Source: Hydrurus foetidus (taxonomy: Eukaryota). From it: DNA of 64,000 nt. Location: the NCBI GenBank assembly GCA_900617105.1, contig UYFQ01000001.1, positions 1,550,001-1,614,000 on the forward strand, in the 5' to 3' direction. The notes under the pieces are model-generated. The model did not search any database. It saw nothing but the letters and a program-made list of their open reading frames with translations, and was not told the origin of the DNA. Positions 1 through 9,573 of this stretch are shown piece by piece (the stretch's first letter is position 1; each line of letters starts with the position of its first letter). A program made the translations under genes and the position numbers.

Positions 1-1
1 A

Positions 2-196
2 AAGCGAACGGACGGCACGGTGCTCGAAGTCGACACCATCGTGCTTTGCGCCGGGCAAGAGCCGCTGCAAGAGTTGCTTGCACCGCTGAAGGCCGCAGGC
101 GTCAACACCCATTTGATTGGCGGCGCACAAGAAGCAGGTGAGCTGGATGCCAAGCGTGCCATTGACCAGGGCACACGGCTGGGAGCGAGGCTTTAG
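2..196 (+). CDS. fadH: 2,4-dienoyl-CoA reductase, C-terminal part (runs off window start)
   Basis: Hand translation of frame 2 gives VDTIVLCAGQEP...HLIGGAQEAGELDAKRAIDQGTRLGARL*, the FadH C-terminus pattern. Confidence 0.85.
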   Translation, partial: KRTDGTVLEVDTIVLCAGQEPLQELLAPLKAAGVNTHLIGGAQEAGELDAKRAIDQGTRLGARL

Positions 197-249
197 GCGT
201 CCCATGCATCAAAAAGGCATAAAAAATGCTGTTTTCAGGCATAAAAACA

Positions 250-298
250 GCCTGTAGCCCAATAAAAACGGGCGCGAGCAGCTTCTTTATTAATAGCA
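250..298 (-). repeat. 49-bp dispersed motif, copy 1 (intergenic)
   Basis: revcomp tgctat-taataaa-gaagc-tgct-cgcgcc-cgtttttatt-gggctacaggc. Confidence 0.9.
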
Positions 299-322
299 AT
301 TAACAGCCACGATTAACTACAC

Positions 323-1207
323 CTACAACTGCCGCAGGTCGGTCTTCAGCAGCAAGCCCACCAGCGATTGCAAGTGAACTTTCAGCGGCTCAAAACCCGG
401 CAATATTTCAAGCGTTTCCTCGTTCATGTACAGCTTGCGGTTGATCTCCAGCTGCACGCTGTGGCGATGCCCTGCCGGGTTGCTGTAGCGGCGCACCAGC
501 TCTACGCCTTTGTACGGGTGGTTGTAGGCCACGCTGTAACCCAAGCTGCGCAAGTGACCGCAGATCAGCTGCGACAGCGCCGGGTGGGCGGTGGTGCCGT
601 CGCGGTCGCCCACTACAAAGTCAGCGTGCTTTTCGCCGGGGAAATCAGTTGCCTTGCTAGACGCCACCGCCGGCATGGAGTGGCAGTTGATGTGAATGCT
701 GTAACCGTGCTGGGCGTGCGCCAAGTCAATGCTGGCGGCCACCGCCGCGTGATACGGCTGCCAGCAATGGGCGATGCGCGCCTGCACTTCAGCCACGGCC
801 AATTTGCGGCTGTAAATGGGCGAGCCGTCATCTAATGTGCGCCAAATCAGGCCTTTGCCCAGGCGCACTTTTGACATGACGGCAGCGTCAGTTTCAATTG
901 GTCCGAGCCACGCGCCATCAAGCAATGATTCATCCATTTCGGTGATGTTGCGGTTAGCGTCCAGGTAGCTGCGCGGAAACATCGCCTCTACCCAATGCAC
1001 TTTCATGCCGGGCGCAAAGTCGTAGAGTTTTTCAACATGCGTGTCTTCAGCGCGGCGCAGCACCACACCGTCGCAACTGAAGGCAAAGTCGGCCGGGTAA
1101 AGCGTACCGCTGTGCGGGGAGTCCAGCACCAGTGCGCTGGTGCCAGCCACTGCATACACTTGCTCATGCGTCGCTGTTGAATTGACCGAGTTGCCCATCC
1201 CGCTCAT
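323..1207 (-). CDS. N-formylglutamate amidohydrolase family protein
   Basis: LVLDSPHSG, EDTHV, DANR, HINCHSM, PYKG, QLEINR motifs; start trimmed to ATG 1207 (1198 also possible). Confidence 0.88.
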   Translation of the reverse strand: MSGMGNSVNSTATHEQVYAVAGTSALVLDSPHSGTLYPADFAFSCDGVVLRRAEDTHVEKLYDFAPGMKVHWVEAMFPRSYLDANRNITEMDESLLDGAWLGPIETDAAVMSKVRLGKGLIWRTLDDGSPIYSRKLAVAEVQARIAHCWQPYHAAVAASIDLAHAQHGYSIHINCHSMPAVASSKATDFPGEKHADFVVGDRDGTTAHPALSQLICGHLRSLGYSVAYNHPYKGVELVRRYSNPAGHRHSVQLEINRKLYMNEETLEILPGFEPLKVHLQSLVGLLLKTDLRQL

Positions 1208-1282
1208 TGTGCCCCGTGAAGCGGTGGCCCCTTTTCGTTCGCAGCGGATCTTGTTCACACGCATTTTTAGTATGCCAGTGCG

Positions 1283-1558
1283 GTGCATGAGGTGAGCGGC
1301 ATCAACACGCTGGCGGGGCCGCAACTTGATCAATTTCACAGCGTAATTTGTGCCTTCATGGCCGGCATGGGTGTTGCGCTGGTGCCGCATTGCCTGGCCA
1401 AAGACGACATTGCGGCGGGCAACGTGTGCACCCCGCTGGCCATGGGTGACGGTGGGGATTATTTGAGCGACAAAGGCTATTACCTTTGCTACCCAGACGC
1501 GCGCCGCCATGCGCAAAGCCTGGTGTACTTTCGTGACTGGTTGCTGGCCGCTGTGTAG
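1283..1558 (+). pseudogene. C-terminal fragment of a LysR-type (GcvA-like) regulator, no HTH
   Basis: AGMGVALVP...GYYLCYP...FRDWL matches the end of the LTTR substrate-binding domain; only 91 aa, and there is no room upstream for the N-terminus. Confidence 0.7.
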
Positions 1559-1740
1559 CCCTAACTGTGGCGCCGCCTACACGCAAACTTACCGTTTTAA
1601 GCGCTTCATTACGCGCATAGTCCTACGCCTGTGCCCAGTGCGTGCCTACCGCGCTAAACGCTCGTCAAACCTACAGTCGATTCATCTTGCCGCAACGCGC
1701 GGGAAGTTATTTATCTGTTGAATCAACTGAAGGACTAACT

Positions 1741-2403
1741 GTGAAAAAACTCGTTTCCCGCACCCCACTTCGTACCAGCGGTTTTGGCAAATTGGCCAAC
1801 CTTTCAATAATGCTTGCAACCACGGCCTTTGCAGCCGTTGCCATGGCGCAAACCAGCGGCACCACCAACAGCACGTCTAACACTTCTGCATCAAGCGGCT
1901 ACAGCATGATGGCGCCCGGCGCGACTTACATTGGCTTGAACGCCGGTCAATCGAAATTTCGCAACAGCAGCGGTTTTGGCGGATTCGCCTCAGACAGCAA
2001 AGACAATTCGTATGGCATTTACCTCGGCTCTTACTTCACGCCTTATGTTGGCGTGGAGTTGGGCTACACCGACTTCGGCAACGTTGACCGCGCTGGCGGC
2101 AACACCGAAGCCAAAGCAGGCACCGTTGCATTGGTTGGCAAATTTCCATTGAGCCCTTCGTTTAACCTGCTGGGCAAACTGGGGGCGACTTACAGCCGCG
2201 TGAATGTGTCAGCACTGCCCGCCTCAGGGGTGGCCACTGGCGGCAAGTCGGGCTGGGGCCCTTCTTACGGCGTTGGCGCTGAATACAACTTCACGCAGAA
2301 CGTGTCGGCAGTCGTGCAGTACGACGAGTACCGCATGCCCTACCCTGGCGGCAGCAAAGAGAAGGTGAACAACACCAGCGTGGGCATTCGCTTCAGGTAC
2401 TAA
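1741..2403 (+). CDS. Outer-membrane beta-barrel protein (OmpA-like transmembrane domain)
   Basis: Signal peptide, YIGLNAGQS, GVELGYTDFG, YGVGAEYNF and terminal aromatic (GIRFRY); start uncertain. Confidence 0.8.
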   Translation: MKKLVSRTPLRTSGFGKLANLSIMLATTAFAAVAMAQTSGTTNSTSNTSASSGYSMMAPGATYIGLNAGQSKFRNSSGFGGFASDSKDNSYGIYLGSYFTPYVGVELGYTDFGNVDRAGGNTEAKAGTVALVGKFPLSPSFNLLGKLGATYSRVNVSALPASGVATGGKSGWGPSYGVGAEYNFTQNVSAVVQYDEYRMPYPGGSKEKVNNTSVGIRFRY

Positions 2404-2431
2404 AACCCGGCGTGTGCTTTTGAGCCACCAT

Positions 2432-2465
2432 AAAGCCCGCAGCGCAAAAGCCCTGCGGGCTTTTT
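2432..2465 (+). terminator. Rho-independent terminator
   Basis: aaagcccgcag...ctgcgggcttttt. Confidence 0.8.
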
Positions 2466-2468
2466 GTC

Positions 2469-2517
2469 TGCTATTTATTACATAGCTGCTCGCGCCCGTT
2501 TTTATTGACTTAAAGGC
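2469..2517 (+). repeat. 49-bp dispersed motif, copy 2 (intergenic)
   Basis: tgctat-ttattac-atagc-tgct-cgcgcc-cgtttttatt-gacttaaaggc; shares a 24-nt identical block with copy 1. Confidence 0.9.
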
Positions 2518-2584
2518 TACTTTCGTACTAAACGGGAGCTTTTTGCGTTCTGCGGGCTGTAAGGCACCTAAACGCAAAGGGTGA

Positions 2585-2621
2585 TTTTGAATTGCCTATC
2601 GCGCATTTAGTTTTAATAAAT
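2585..2621 (+). promoter_or_regulatory. Putative OxyR site upstream of ahpC
   Basis: tttt-N7-CTAT-N7-TTAG-N7-AAAT is a partial match to ATAG-N7-CTAT-N7-ATAG-N7-CTAT; ahpCF is a classic OxyR target. Confidence 0.45.
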
Positions 2622-2757
2622 CGGTGGTCTGAGCTAAACGCCCCATTTGAGATTAGTATTAACCCTTGCCTTGACCTGACCGCGATAGCTAAAGTTAATG
2701 CCGCGTGATAATTCAAATTCTTTCACCTCCACTTTTACCTCCACCAAGAAAGTAAGC

Positions 2758-3321
2758 ATGTCTTTAATCAACACAACGATTGTTCCCTTCAAAACCACCG
2801 CTTTTCACAATGGCAAGTTCATTGACGTGTCGAATGAGTCGATGAAGGGCAAATGGTCAGTCCTGATCTTCATGCCGGCTGCGTTCACCTTCAACTGCCC
2901 GACTGAAGTCGAGGACGCAGCCGACAATTACGCCGAATTTCAAAAGGCCGGCGCTGAGGTTTACATCGTCACCACCGACACCCACTTTTCACACAAGGTG
3001 TGGCACGAAACCTCGCCTGCGGTTGGCAAAGCCAAGTTCCCGCTGGTTGGCGACCCCACCCATGTGCTGGCCAACGCGTTTGACGTGTACATCCCTGAAG
3101 AAGGCCTGGCACTGCGCGGCACGTTCGTGATCAACCCTGAAGGCGTGATCAAAACCGCCGAAGTGCATTCAAACGAAATCGCCCGCGACGTGAAAGAAAC
3201 GCTTCGCAAGCTCAAAGCGGCTCAGTACACCGCTGCTCACCCTGGCGAAGTTTGCCCAGCCAAGTGGAACGAAGGCGCAAAAACCCTTGCCCCGTCTATT
3301 GACCTCGTCGGCAAGATCTAA
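2758..3321 (+). CDS. ahpC: Alkyl hydroperoxide reductase subunit C
   Basis: FTFNCPTE peroxidatic and GEVCPAKW resolving Cys motifs; ends DLVGKI. Confidence 0.97.
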   Translation: MSLINTTIVPFKTTAFHNGKFIDVSNESMKGKWSVLIFMPAAFTFNCPTEVEDAADNYAEFQKAGAEVYIVTTDTHFSHKVWHETSPAVGKAKFPLVGDPTHVLANAFDVYIPEEGLALRGTFVINPEGVIKTAEVHSNEIARDVKETLRKLKAAQYTAAHPGEVCPAKWNEGAKTLAPSIDLVGKI

Positions 3322-3339
3322 ACGCCCTGCCCGACTTAT

Positions 3340-3386
3340 AAAAAGCCCGGGCTTGGCACACAGCGTGTGCTGCTCCGGGCTTTTTT
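3340..3386 (+). terminator. Hairpin/terminator between ahpC and ahpF
   Basis: aaaaagcccgg...ccgggctttttt. Confidence 0.65.
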
Positions 3387-3435
3387 GTTTCTAATTGCTA
3401 TTGATATTGACACTGAGATTGAAAGTGAGTCTGCC

Positions 3436-5004
3436 ATGCTCGACGACGCCACCAAAGCCCAACTGAAAAGCTACCTCGAACGCGCCACCACGCCGATTGA
3501 AATCGTTGCCTCGCTGGACGACAGCGCAACGTCAAGCGAAATGCAATCGATGCTGAACGACGTTGCTGACTCATCGCCACTGGTCAAACTGACCATCAGC
3601 CGCGACGACAATCAGCGCAAGCCATCGTTTTCAATCAATCGGCCGAGTGAAAACCACGGCCCGCGTTTTGCCGGCCTGCCGATGGGGCACGAGTTCACGT
3701 CGTTGATATTGGCGTTGCTGCAAATTGGCGGCTACCCACCCAAGGTCGAGGAAGAAATTCTGGAGCAGATTCGCGCGCTCGAAGGTGACTTCAATTTTGA
3801 GGTGTACGTATCGCTTACTTGCCACAACTGCCCAGACGTAGTGCAAGCACTCAACGTGATGGCGGTGCAAAACCCGAACATTCGCGCCACCATGATTGAG
3901 GGCGGCTCATTTCAAGACGAAATCAAAGAGCGGCAGATCATGGCGGTGCCGACTGTATTTTTAAACGGCACCGAGTTTGGCCAGGGCCGCATGAGCCTGG
4001 AAGAAATTTTGGCCAAAATCGACACCAAAGGCGTTGAGCGCGAAGCCAAAAAGCTTGACGCCAAAGAAGCCTTTGACATGCTGATGGTCGGTGGTGGCCC
4101 GGCCGGTGCTGCGGCTGCGGTGTACGCTGCGCGCAAAGGCATTCGTACCGGCGTGGTGAGTGAAAACTTTGGCGGGCAAACGCTGGATACGCTGGGCATT
4201 GAAAACTACATTTCGGTTAAAGAAACCGACGGTCCCAAGTTTGCGCTGGCGCTTGAGCAGCACGTGCGCGGGTACGACGTTGACATCATGAACCTGCAGC
4301 GCGCCAAAGCACTGGTGCTGAACACAGGCCTGGACAAAAACCTGATTGAAGTGCAGCTGGAAAGCGGTGCCACGCTGCGCAGCAAATCTATCGTCATATC
4401 AACCGGTGCGCGCTGGAAAAACATCAACGTGCCGGGCGAGCGCGAGTTTAAAAACAAGGGCGTGGCCTATTGCCCGCACTGCGACGGCCCGCTGTTCAAG
4501 GGCAAGCACGTGGCGGTGATTGGCGGCGGCAATTCAGGCGTGGAAGCCGCGATTGATTTGGCGGGCGTGGTCGGCCACGTGACGCTGATTGAGTACGACA
4601 CCGCGCTGCGCGCTGACGCGATTTTGGTCCGCAAGCTGCACAGCTTAAGCAACGTCACCGTGATTACCAACGCGCAAACCACCGAGATTACTGGCAAAGA
4701 AAAAGTCAACGCGCTGGTTTACAAAGACCGTGCCAGCAGTGAGCTCCACACGGTTGTGCTGGAAGGCGTGTTCATTCAGATTGGCCTGGTGCCCAACACC
4801 GACTGGCTGAAGGGCGTGGTCGACTTGAGCAAGCACGGCGAAATTATTGTCGATGCCAAAGGCCAGACGTCGGTGCCTGGCGTGTTTGCGGCGGGCGACG
4901 CCACTACCGTGCCGTTCAAACAAATCATCATTGCGGCGGGCGACGGCGCCAAAGCAGCGCTGGGCGCGTTTGACCATTTGATGCGGACATCTTTACCTGC
5001 CTGA
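3436..5004 (+). CDS. ahpF: Alkyl hydroperoxide reductase subunit F
   Basis: CHNC N-terminal centre, GGGPAG FAD motif, CPHCDG, GGGNSG; follows ahpC. Confidence 0.97.
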   Translation: MLDDATKAQLKSYLERATTPIEIVASLDDSATSSEMQSMLNDVADSSPLVKLTISRDDNQRKPSFSINRPSENHGPRFAGLPMGHEFTSLILALLQIGGYPPKVEEEILEQIRALEGDFNFEVYVSLTCHNCPDVVQALNVMAVQNPNIRATMIEGGSFQDEIKERQIMAVPTVFLNGTEFGQGRMSLEEILAKIDTKGVEREAKKLDAKEAFDMLMVGGGPAGAAAAVYAARKGIRTGVVSENFGGQTLDTLGIENYISVKETDGPKFALALEQHVRGYDVDIMNLQRAKALVLNTGLDKNLIEVQLESGATLRSKSIVISTGARWKNINVPGEREFKNKGVAYCPHCDGPLFKGKHVAVIGGGNSGVEAAIDLAGVVGHVTLIEYDTALRADAILVRKLHSLSNVTVITNAQTTEITGKEKVNALVYKDRASSELHTVVLEGVFIQIGLVPNTDWLKGVVDLSKHGEIIVDAKGQTSVPGVFAAGDATTVPFKQIIIAAGDGAKAALGAFDHLMRTSLPA

Positions 5005-5083
5005 GACATGGATTCAGGCTGCTCATCGATATAGTTTTGACTGTTTTTAAACACTGTCACTGCCTGTTAAATAGGAAAAAATC

Positions 5084-6079
5084 ATGAAATTACTAACCGC
5101 CAGTTTTCTGGCCGTCGCGTTGAGCGGCTGCGCTGGCCTGCAGATGGGCAGCCCCACTGTGTCGATATTGGTTGATCTGGACCCAGCCAGTACAGAGCGC
5201 ACGGTGATTATTGAAAACATCACCGCTGACAGCAGCGGCGTTTTGTACACGTCAGACCGTGTCACAGGCAACGTTTTGCGCGTCGACCCGAAGTCGCCTA
5301 AACCCGTGGTGGTGGCCAAAATTGAATCGCGCATGGTCGATGGCAAAAAAGTAGATGCCTCACCGGGCGGCATTGCGTTCGATACCAAGGGCGACTTGTA
5401 CCTGGCGGTCGGCCCTTTCAGTGAGGTGGTGCGAATCAAGGCGGCGGACCTGAACGCAGCCAAGCCCGGCATTGCGCAAACTTTTGCAACTGGCGTGCCG
5501 GGCGCCAACGGGATTGCGTTTGACAAGCGCGGCGTTCTATTTGTGTCGGGCGGCGCAAGCGGCATTGTTTACAGCGTGGGCGCCAACGGCGGCGCAGCGC
5601 AAGCAGCTATACAAATTGACAAAAACGTACGCACGCTGCCCAACAGCACAGCCACGCAAGCTATCGTTGCCAACGGCTTGAAGTTTGACGCTCTAGGCGT
5701 ATTGCACGTTGCAGACACCTCACGTGGCGCGGTGTGGAAGGTGGTCATCAGTGCTGACGGTAAGGCTGGTAAGCCCGCCTTGCTGGCCCAGAGCCCGTTG
5801 CTTGAAGGCGCAGACGACATGGCTTTTCACCCCAACGGTGATGTGTGGGTAGCAGCCAATGAGTTGAATGCCATCGTTGCTGTGTCGCCATCAGGGGCGG
5901 TTAAAACGCTGGCAAAAAACGGCGGCATAGGCCCGCTTGAATTTCCCGCAGCGCTGGTGTTTGTCGGCAATACCGCTTACGTGGCCAACTTTGATGTGCC
6001 CCGCCGCGACAATCTGGATGCAACTGGCGTCACTTCCAAAGATGGTGTTGGCGCATCTATTGCTCAAATAATCCCCTGA
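5084..6079 (+). CDS. SMP-30/gluconolactonase-like beta-propeller lipoprotein
   Basis: Lipobox LSGC; repeated NGIAFD/NGLKFD/DDMAF blades. Confidence 0.75.
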   Translation: MKLLTASFLAVALSGCAGLQMGSPTVSILVDLDPASTERTVIIENITADSSGVLYTSDRVTGNVLRVDPKSPKPVVVAKIESRMVDGKKVDASPGGIAFDTKGDLYLAVGPFSEVVRIKAADLNAAKPGIAQTFATGVPGANGIAFDKRGVLFVSGGASGIVYSVGANGGAAQAAIQIDKNVRTLPNSTATQAIVANGLKFDALGVLHVADTSRGAVWKVVISADGKAGKPALLAQSPLLEGADDMAFHPNGDVWVAANELNAIVAVSPSGAVKTLAKNGGIGPLEFPAALVFVGNTAYVANFDVPRRDNLDATGVTSKDGVGASIAQIIP

Positions 6080-6212
6080 GCCGCTTGCACCTTGAATCGC
6101 TATTAGTCCCATTTGCAGTCAATCCGGCTCGATGGGGTTAATGAAATTTTTACTTTGTGGATAGACCTTGCAAGGTAACAATAGCGTTTCTTAAATAGAC
6201 AAAGGAAAAGCC

Positions 6213-6689
6213 ATGAAAGGCGACGCACAAGTTATCACCCACCTGCAGGCCCAGCTTAAAAACGAGTTGACGGCCATCAACCAGTATTTTTTGCATTACC
6301 GCATGTACAAGCATTGGGGTTTGGACAAACTGGCGAAAAAAGAATACGAGGAATCTATCGGCGAGATGAAGCACGCCGACCAATTGATGGACCGAATTTT
6401 TATGCTCGATGGCCTGCCGAATTTGCAGGACATGAGCAAGCTGCTGGTGGGTGAAAACGTGCCCGAGGCACTCGGCTGCGACTTGAAGTCTGAAATGGCC
6501 GCGCAGGTCACCATCAAGGCGGGCATTGCCCACTGCGAGTCGGTGCACGACTTTGTGTCGCGTGATTTGCTTAAAAATATTCTGCACGACACCGAAGAGC
6601 ACATTGATTTTTTAGAAACACAGATTGAGCTGATCGGCAAAGTTGGCTTGCCGAATTACTTGCAAAGCCAAATGGGCGAGCTGGCGTAA
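6213..6689 (+). CDS. bfr: Bacterioferritin
   Basis: MKGD start, ELTAINQYFLH, EMKHAD, EEHIDFLE ferroxidase motifs. Confidence 0.97.
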   Translation: MKGDAQVITHLQAQLKNELTAINQYFLHYRMYKHWGLDKLAKKEYEESIGEMKHADQLMDRIFMLDGLPNLQDMSKLLVGENVPEALGCDLKSEMAAQVTIKAGIAHCESVHDFVSRDLLKNILHDTEEHIDFLETQIELIGKVGLPNYLQSQMGELA

Positions 6690-6714
6690 CGCTCAGCTCG
6701 ATTCCAAAAGATAG

Positions 6715-6739
6715 AAAACCAGCTGCGGCTGGTTTTTTT
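6715..6739 (+). terminator. Rho-independent terminator after bfr
   Basis: aaaaccagc-tgcg-gctggttttttt. Confidence 0.8.
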
Positions 6740-6783
6740 ACGTCAACTGCGCAAGTAATCCAAAAATATAGGAAAGTTATTGC

Positions 6784-6804
6784 AAATGCGACAGATTCGC
6801 ATTT
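6784..6804. promoter_or_regulatory. Fur box upstream of bfd
   Basis: Perfect inverted repeat AAATGCGA-N5-TCGCATTT. Confidence 0.75.
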
Positions 6805-6855
6805 ATAATCAAAGCCCGATTTATCAAATTCATTTTTTAACCAGCTCGCCAACTC

Positions 6856-7098
6856 ATGATCGTTTGCATCTGCCGCCGAATATCTGACAAAGACATTGCC
6901 CGCCACGCACGTGCTGGCATGGGTTTTGACGAAATTCAGTTTGAACTAGGCGTAGCCACCCAGTGCGGGCAGTGTGAAGGTTGTGCGCGTGATGTCGTGG
7001 CCCAGTGCAGCGCAAGCTGCCCGCAAGCCAACATTCTGCAAGCCGACAACCTACCCGGCGGCGGCACATGGCAAACTTCACTCTCTCTTTCTATCTAA
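6856..7098 (+). CDS. bfd: Bacterioferritin-associated ferredoxin
   Basis: MIVCIC...QCGQC 2Fe-2S motif next to bfr. Confidence 0.9.
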   Translation: MIVCICRRISDKDIARHARAGMGFDEIQFELGVATQCGQCEGCARDVVAQCSASCPQANILQADNLPGGGTWQTSLSLSI

Positions 7099-7288
7099 TT
7101 ACCCTGCCCGGCAGCTTGCTGCTGGTACTCGGCGCAGTGTGGTGGGTTTCTCGCGGTTAGGCGGCTTTTAAAAACTGGGCTTTTTGGGCGTGCGCGGCCA
7201 GAACCGGTTAGGCCAGCTAAGCCAGCCACACCGGCCGCACTTCGATCCAGCGACCAGCGGGGATTGCTGTATAACTCCACGAATTGAA

Positions 7289-8023
7289 TTGCACTCACAG
7301 CGCCGACATGCGCCTTTCACTGGTTTGAACTTTCCGGCATCCGTCACTAATCGCAACGCGGCCATCGCACTGGTGGTGGCGCTGCTGCATGTTGCGTTTA
7401 TTTATGGGCTTTCAAGCAGCGCTGCACCGCTGGCTTTTAAGCCCGTGCCTCAAACAACGATGGTGATGGTGCCGCCAGTCGTTGAACCGCCCAAGCCCAG
7501 GATTGAACCTCCGCCAGCGCCGCCGCCGGCTCAGCCAGCGCAAGCAGTCAATAGAGCCGCCAGTCCAACGCCAGCTGCTGCAGTCGCTGCGCCCAGACCG
7601 CTTGCTATACCCGCGCCTGTTGCAGTTGCACCAGGCGGGCAGGCTACGCCTCAGCCCGCCGCTGCGCCAGTTGCTGCCGCGCCAACGGCTACATCAGCGG
7701 CTACGGCAACACCTGCCGCCCCTGCCGTTTCAGCAGCCGTACAGCTGCCATCGAGCAACGCCGACTATCTGCAAAACCCCAAACCTGCGTACCCGGCTCT
7801 TAGCCAACGCTTGAACGAACAAGGCACAACGATTGTGCGCGTGCTGATTGGTTCTGACGGCGTACCTGAGCGGGCCGACATCAGCAAGTCGAGCGGCTTT
7901 GCCCGGCTTGACAGCGCGGCTGTATCGACCGCGATGCGTTGGCGTTATGTGCCGGGAAAGCGCGGCGGCGTTCCAGAAGCCATGTCGTTTGACGTGCCCA
8001 TTAAATGGTCACTAACCGAGTAA
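7289..8023 (+). CDS. tonB: Energy transducer TonB
   Basis: TM helix with LLH, Pro/Ala-rich linker, PAYP..EQG..SSGFARLD C-domain; start uncertain. Confidence 0.85.
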   Translation: MHSQRRHAPFTGLNFPASVTNRNAAIALVVALLHVAFIYGLSSSAAPLAFKPVPQTTMVMVPPVVEPPKPRIEPPPAPPPAQPAQAVNRAASPTPAAAVAAPRPLAIPAPVAVAPGGQATPQPAAAPVAAAPTATSAATATPAAPAVSAAVQLPSSNADYLQNPKPAYPALSQRLNEQGTTIVRVLIGSDGVPERADISKSSGFARLDSAAVSTAMRWRYVPGKRGGVPEAMSFDVPIKWSLTE

Positions 8024-8175
8024 CTGAGTAGGGCTACTTTTCGCAGCGAGTCATCAGCCTAAAAACCCGCTGCCTGCGGGGGTGGCAAATCGGCAACTTA
8101 CCAAATTGCATTTATTGCGTATTAACGAATGCGCTCAAAACATTACCCACAAAAAGCGCTCATGGCTTGACTTTT

Positions 8176-8196
8176 AATTGAGAATAGTTATCATTA
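8176..8196. promoter_or_regulatory. Fur box overlapping the hemP promoter
   Basis: aattgagaatagttatcatta directly after a TTGACT -35-like hexamer (8167-8172). Confidence 0.8.
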
Positions 8197-8226
8197 AGGT
8201 GTCGATCCACTTCAAAGCGAACCGAC

Positions 8227-8415
8227 ATGAACGCCAACCCACCGCTTTCGTTACTGCCTCGCACTTTTGACTCGCTTGAGAAGCCGTCCGTTTCGCCCGG
8301 CAGCATCAGCAGCACCGACCTCTTGCGCGGCCAAAAAACCATAGCCATTAACCACAATGGCTTTACCTACAAGCTGCAGGCAACGCGAATGGGCAAACTT
8401 ATCTTGACCAAGTAA
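8227..8415 (+). CDS. hemP: Hemin uptake protein HemP
   Basis: LLRGQKTIAINHNG.TYKLQATRMGKLILTK signature. Confidence 0.92.
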   Translation: MNANPPLSLLPRTFDSLEKPSVSPGSISSTDLLRGQKTIAINHNGFTYKLQATRMGKLILTK

Positions 8416-8560
8416 ATCGGTTTTAAGCGGATTTATCTCATTTCATCGTGGGGCGACCCGGAGCCATCAAAAGCTCCAGCGGTCGTTTTTGCCAGCCATG
8501 AACCTGCTTTGAAAGCCTGCCCAGCAGGTTGCCGAACAGGTCATATAGCCAGGCTTTTTT
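8416..8560 (+). ncRNA. Candidate hemP 3'-derived iron-responsive sRNA (BrrF-like)
   Basis: Structured non-coding tract with hairpins ggagc..gctcc and aacctgct..agcaggtt ending in a T run; position analogous to Burkholderia BrrF. Confidence 0.4.
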
Positions 8561-8621
8561 TAAACGCCCCTTGCGACAGTTCACTCACATAAGGCGCTTG
8601 GTCAGGCAGCCAAAAGCAGCT

Positions 8622-9332
8622 TTATTTCATCTGCACCGAGCCGCTCACGCTCACCAGCACCGTGGTTTTGCCCGCCTCTACCGGCACGGCCGAGTCTGAT
8701 TCCATTGATTTAGCCTGCATGGCCACCATGCGCGGGCGCGGCTGAAAGCCTTGGTCGTTGGCGTTGATGCTGACTTCACGCAGCGTGTAGCCGGTAAAGC
8801 CAAAGCCTTTAGTGACTTCAAGCGCTTTGGCTTTAAACCGCTCAATGGCCAGCGTTTGCGCTTCGGCCTCCACCTTGGCGCGCTGCTCTTTGCTCAATGC
8901 AAAGCTCACGTTGCCCATGGTCAAGCTTTGAATCTTGCCTGCCGTGCCGGTAATGCGGCTGAAGTCGCGGCCTTCCAGCACCATTTCGGTACTGCCCTGC
9001 CAGCCGTTGATCTTGCCGTTTTTGTCGTAGCGCGGGTAAAGGCTGAAGTTGCCCGTGCGCAAATCAAGCTGGCCTGCCAACACCGCCGGTCGGGCAATGG
9101 CCAGCGCTGCCTCAAGCGCTTGTTTAAGCTGGGTCTGCACCGCATTGGCGTCAGCACCGCCCGCGCTGGTACTCATGGTGATGGACAACAAATCTTGCTG
9201 AACCTCGACGCTGCCGTTGGCTGCCAGCTGCGCAACGTTGCGCAAGTCCTCCCGGGGCATAAAATTTTGAGAAAAAGAGCTTGTAGCCCAAGTAATTAAG
9301 GCGCAAGCAGCTATAACTTTAGTAGCGTTCAT
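8622..9332 (-). CDS. SIMPL (DUF541) domain periplasmic protein
   Basis: Signal peptide, YPRYD..INGW, AIERFKAKA, VPVEAGKTTVLVSVSGSV. Confidence 0.88.
   Translation of the reverse strand: MNATKVIAACALITWATSSFSQNFMPREDLRNVAQLAANGSVEVQQDLLSITMSTSAGGADANAVQTQLKQALEAALAIARPAVLAGQLDLRTGNFSLYPRYDKNGKINGWQGSTEMVLEGRDFSRITGTAGKIQSLTMGNVSFALSKEQRAKVEAEAQTLAIERFKAKALEVTKGFGFTGYTLREVSINANDQGFQPRPRMVAMQAKSMESDSAVPVEAGKTTVLVSVSGSVQMK
9279..9327 (-). repeat. 49-bp dispersed motif, copy 3 (encodes the SIMPL signal peptide)
   Basis: revcomp cgctac-taaagtt-atagc-tgct-tgcgcc-ttaattactt-gggctacaagc. Confidence 0.85.
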
Positions 9333-9573
9333 AGAAAACCTTTTATAAAGAACCTTTAACGCGATGATTATCTCGAAAGACCACAGCGTTTTAGGCGAAT
9401 CGGGCCACACACGCCAAGCTGGAGATGTCGGCCTACACCGCAAAACTTTTACCAGCCTAAATGTAAGCTGTTACAGGCAACTTTTGTAACAGTGTGTCAA
9501 TCTAACGTCAAAATGCCGCCAAACCTACTTTTCTGCCGCCAAAATGAGTTTGTTAGACATTACAAAGGATCTT

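Noticed and set aside
1208..1516. Long N-terminal extensions in the ORF track (amidohydrolase; also the ABC ATPase to 32735, ispD, cobB, the TPP enzyme)
   Set aside because: They overlap other genes and lack family motifs; starts were trimmed
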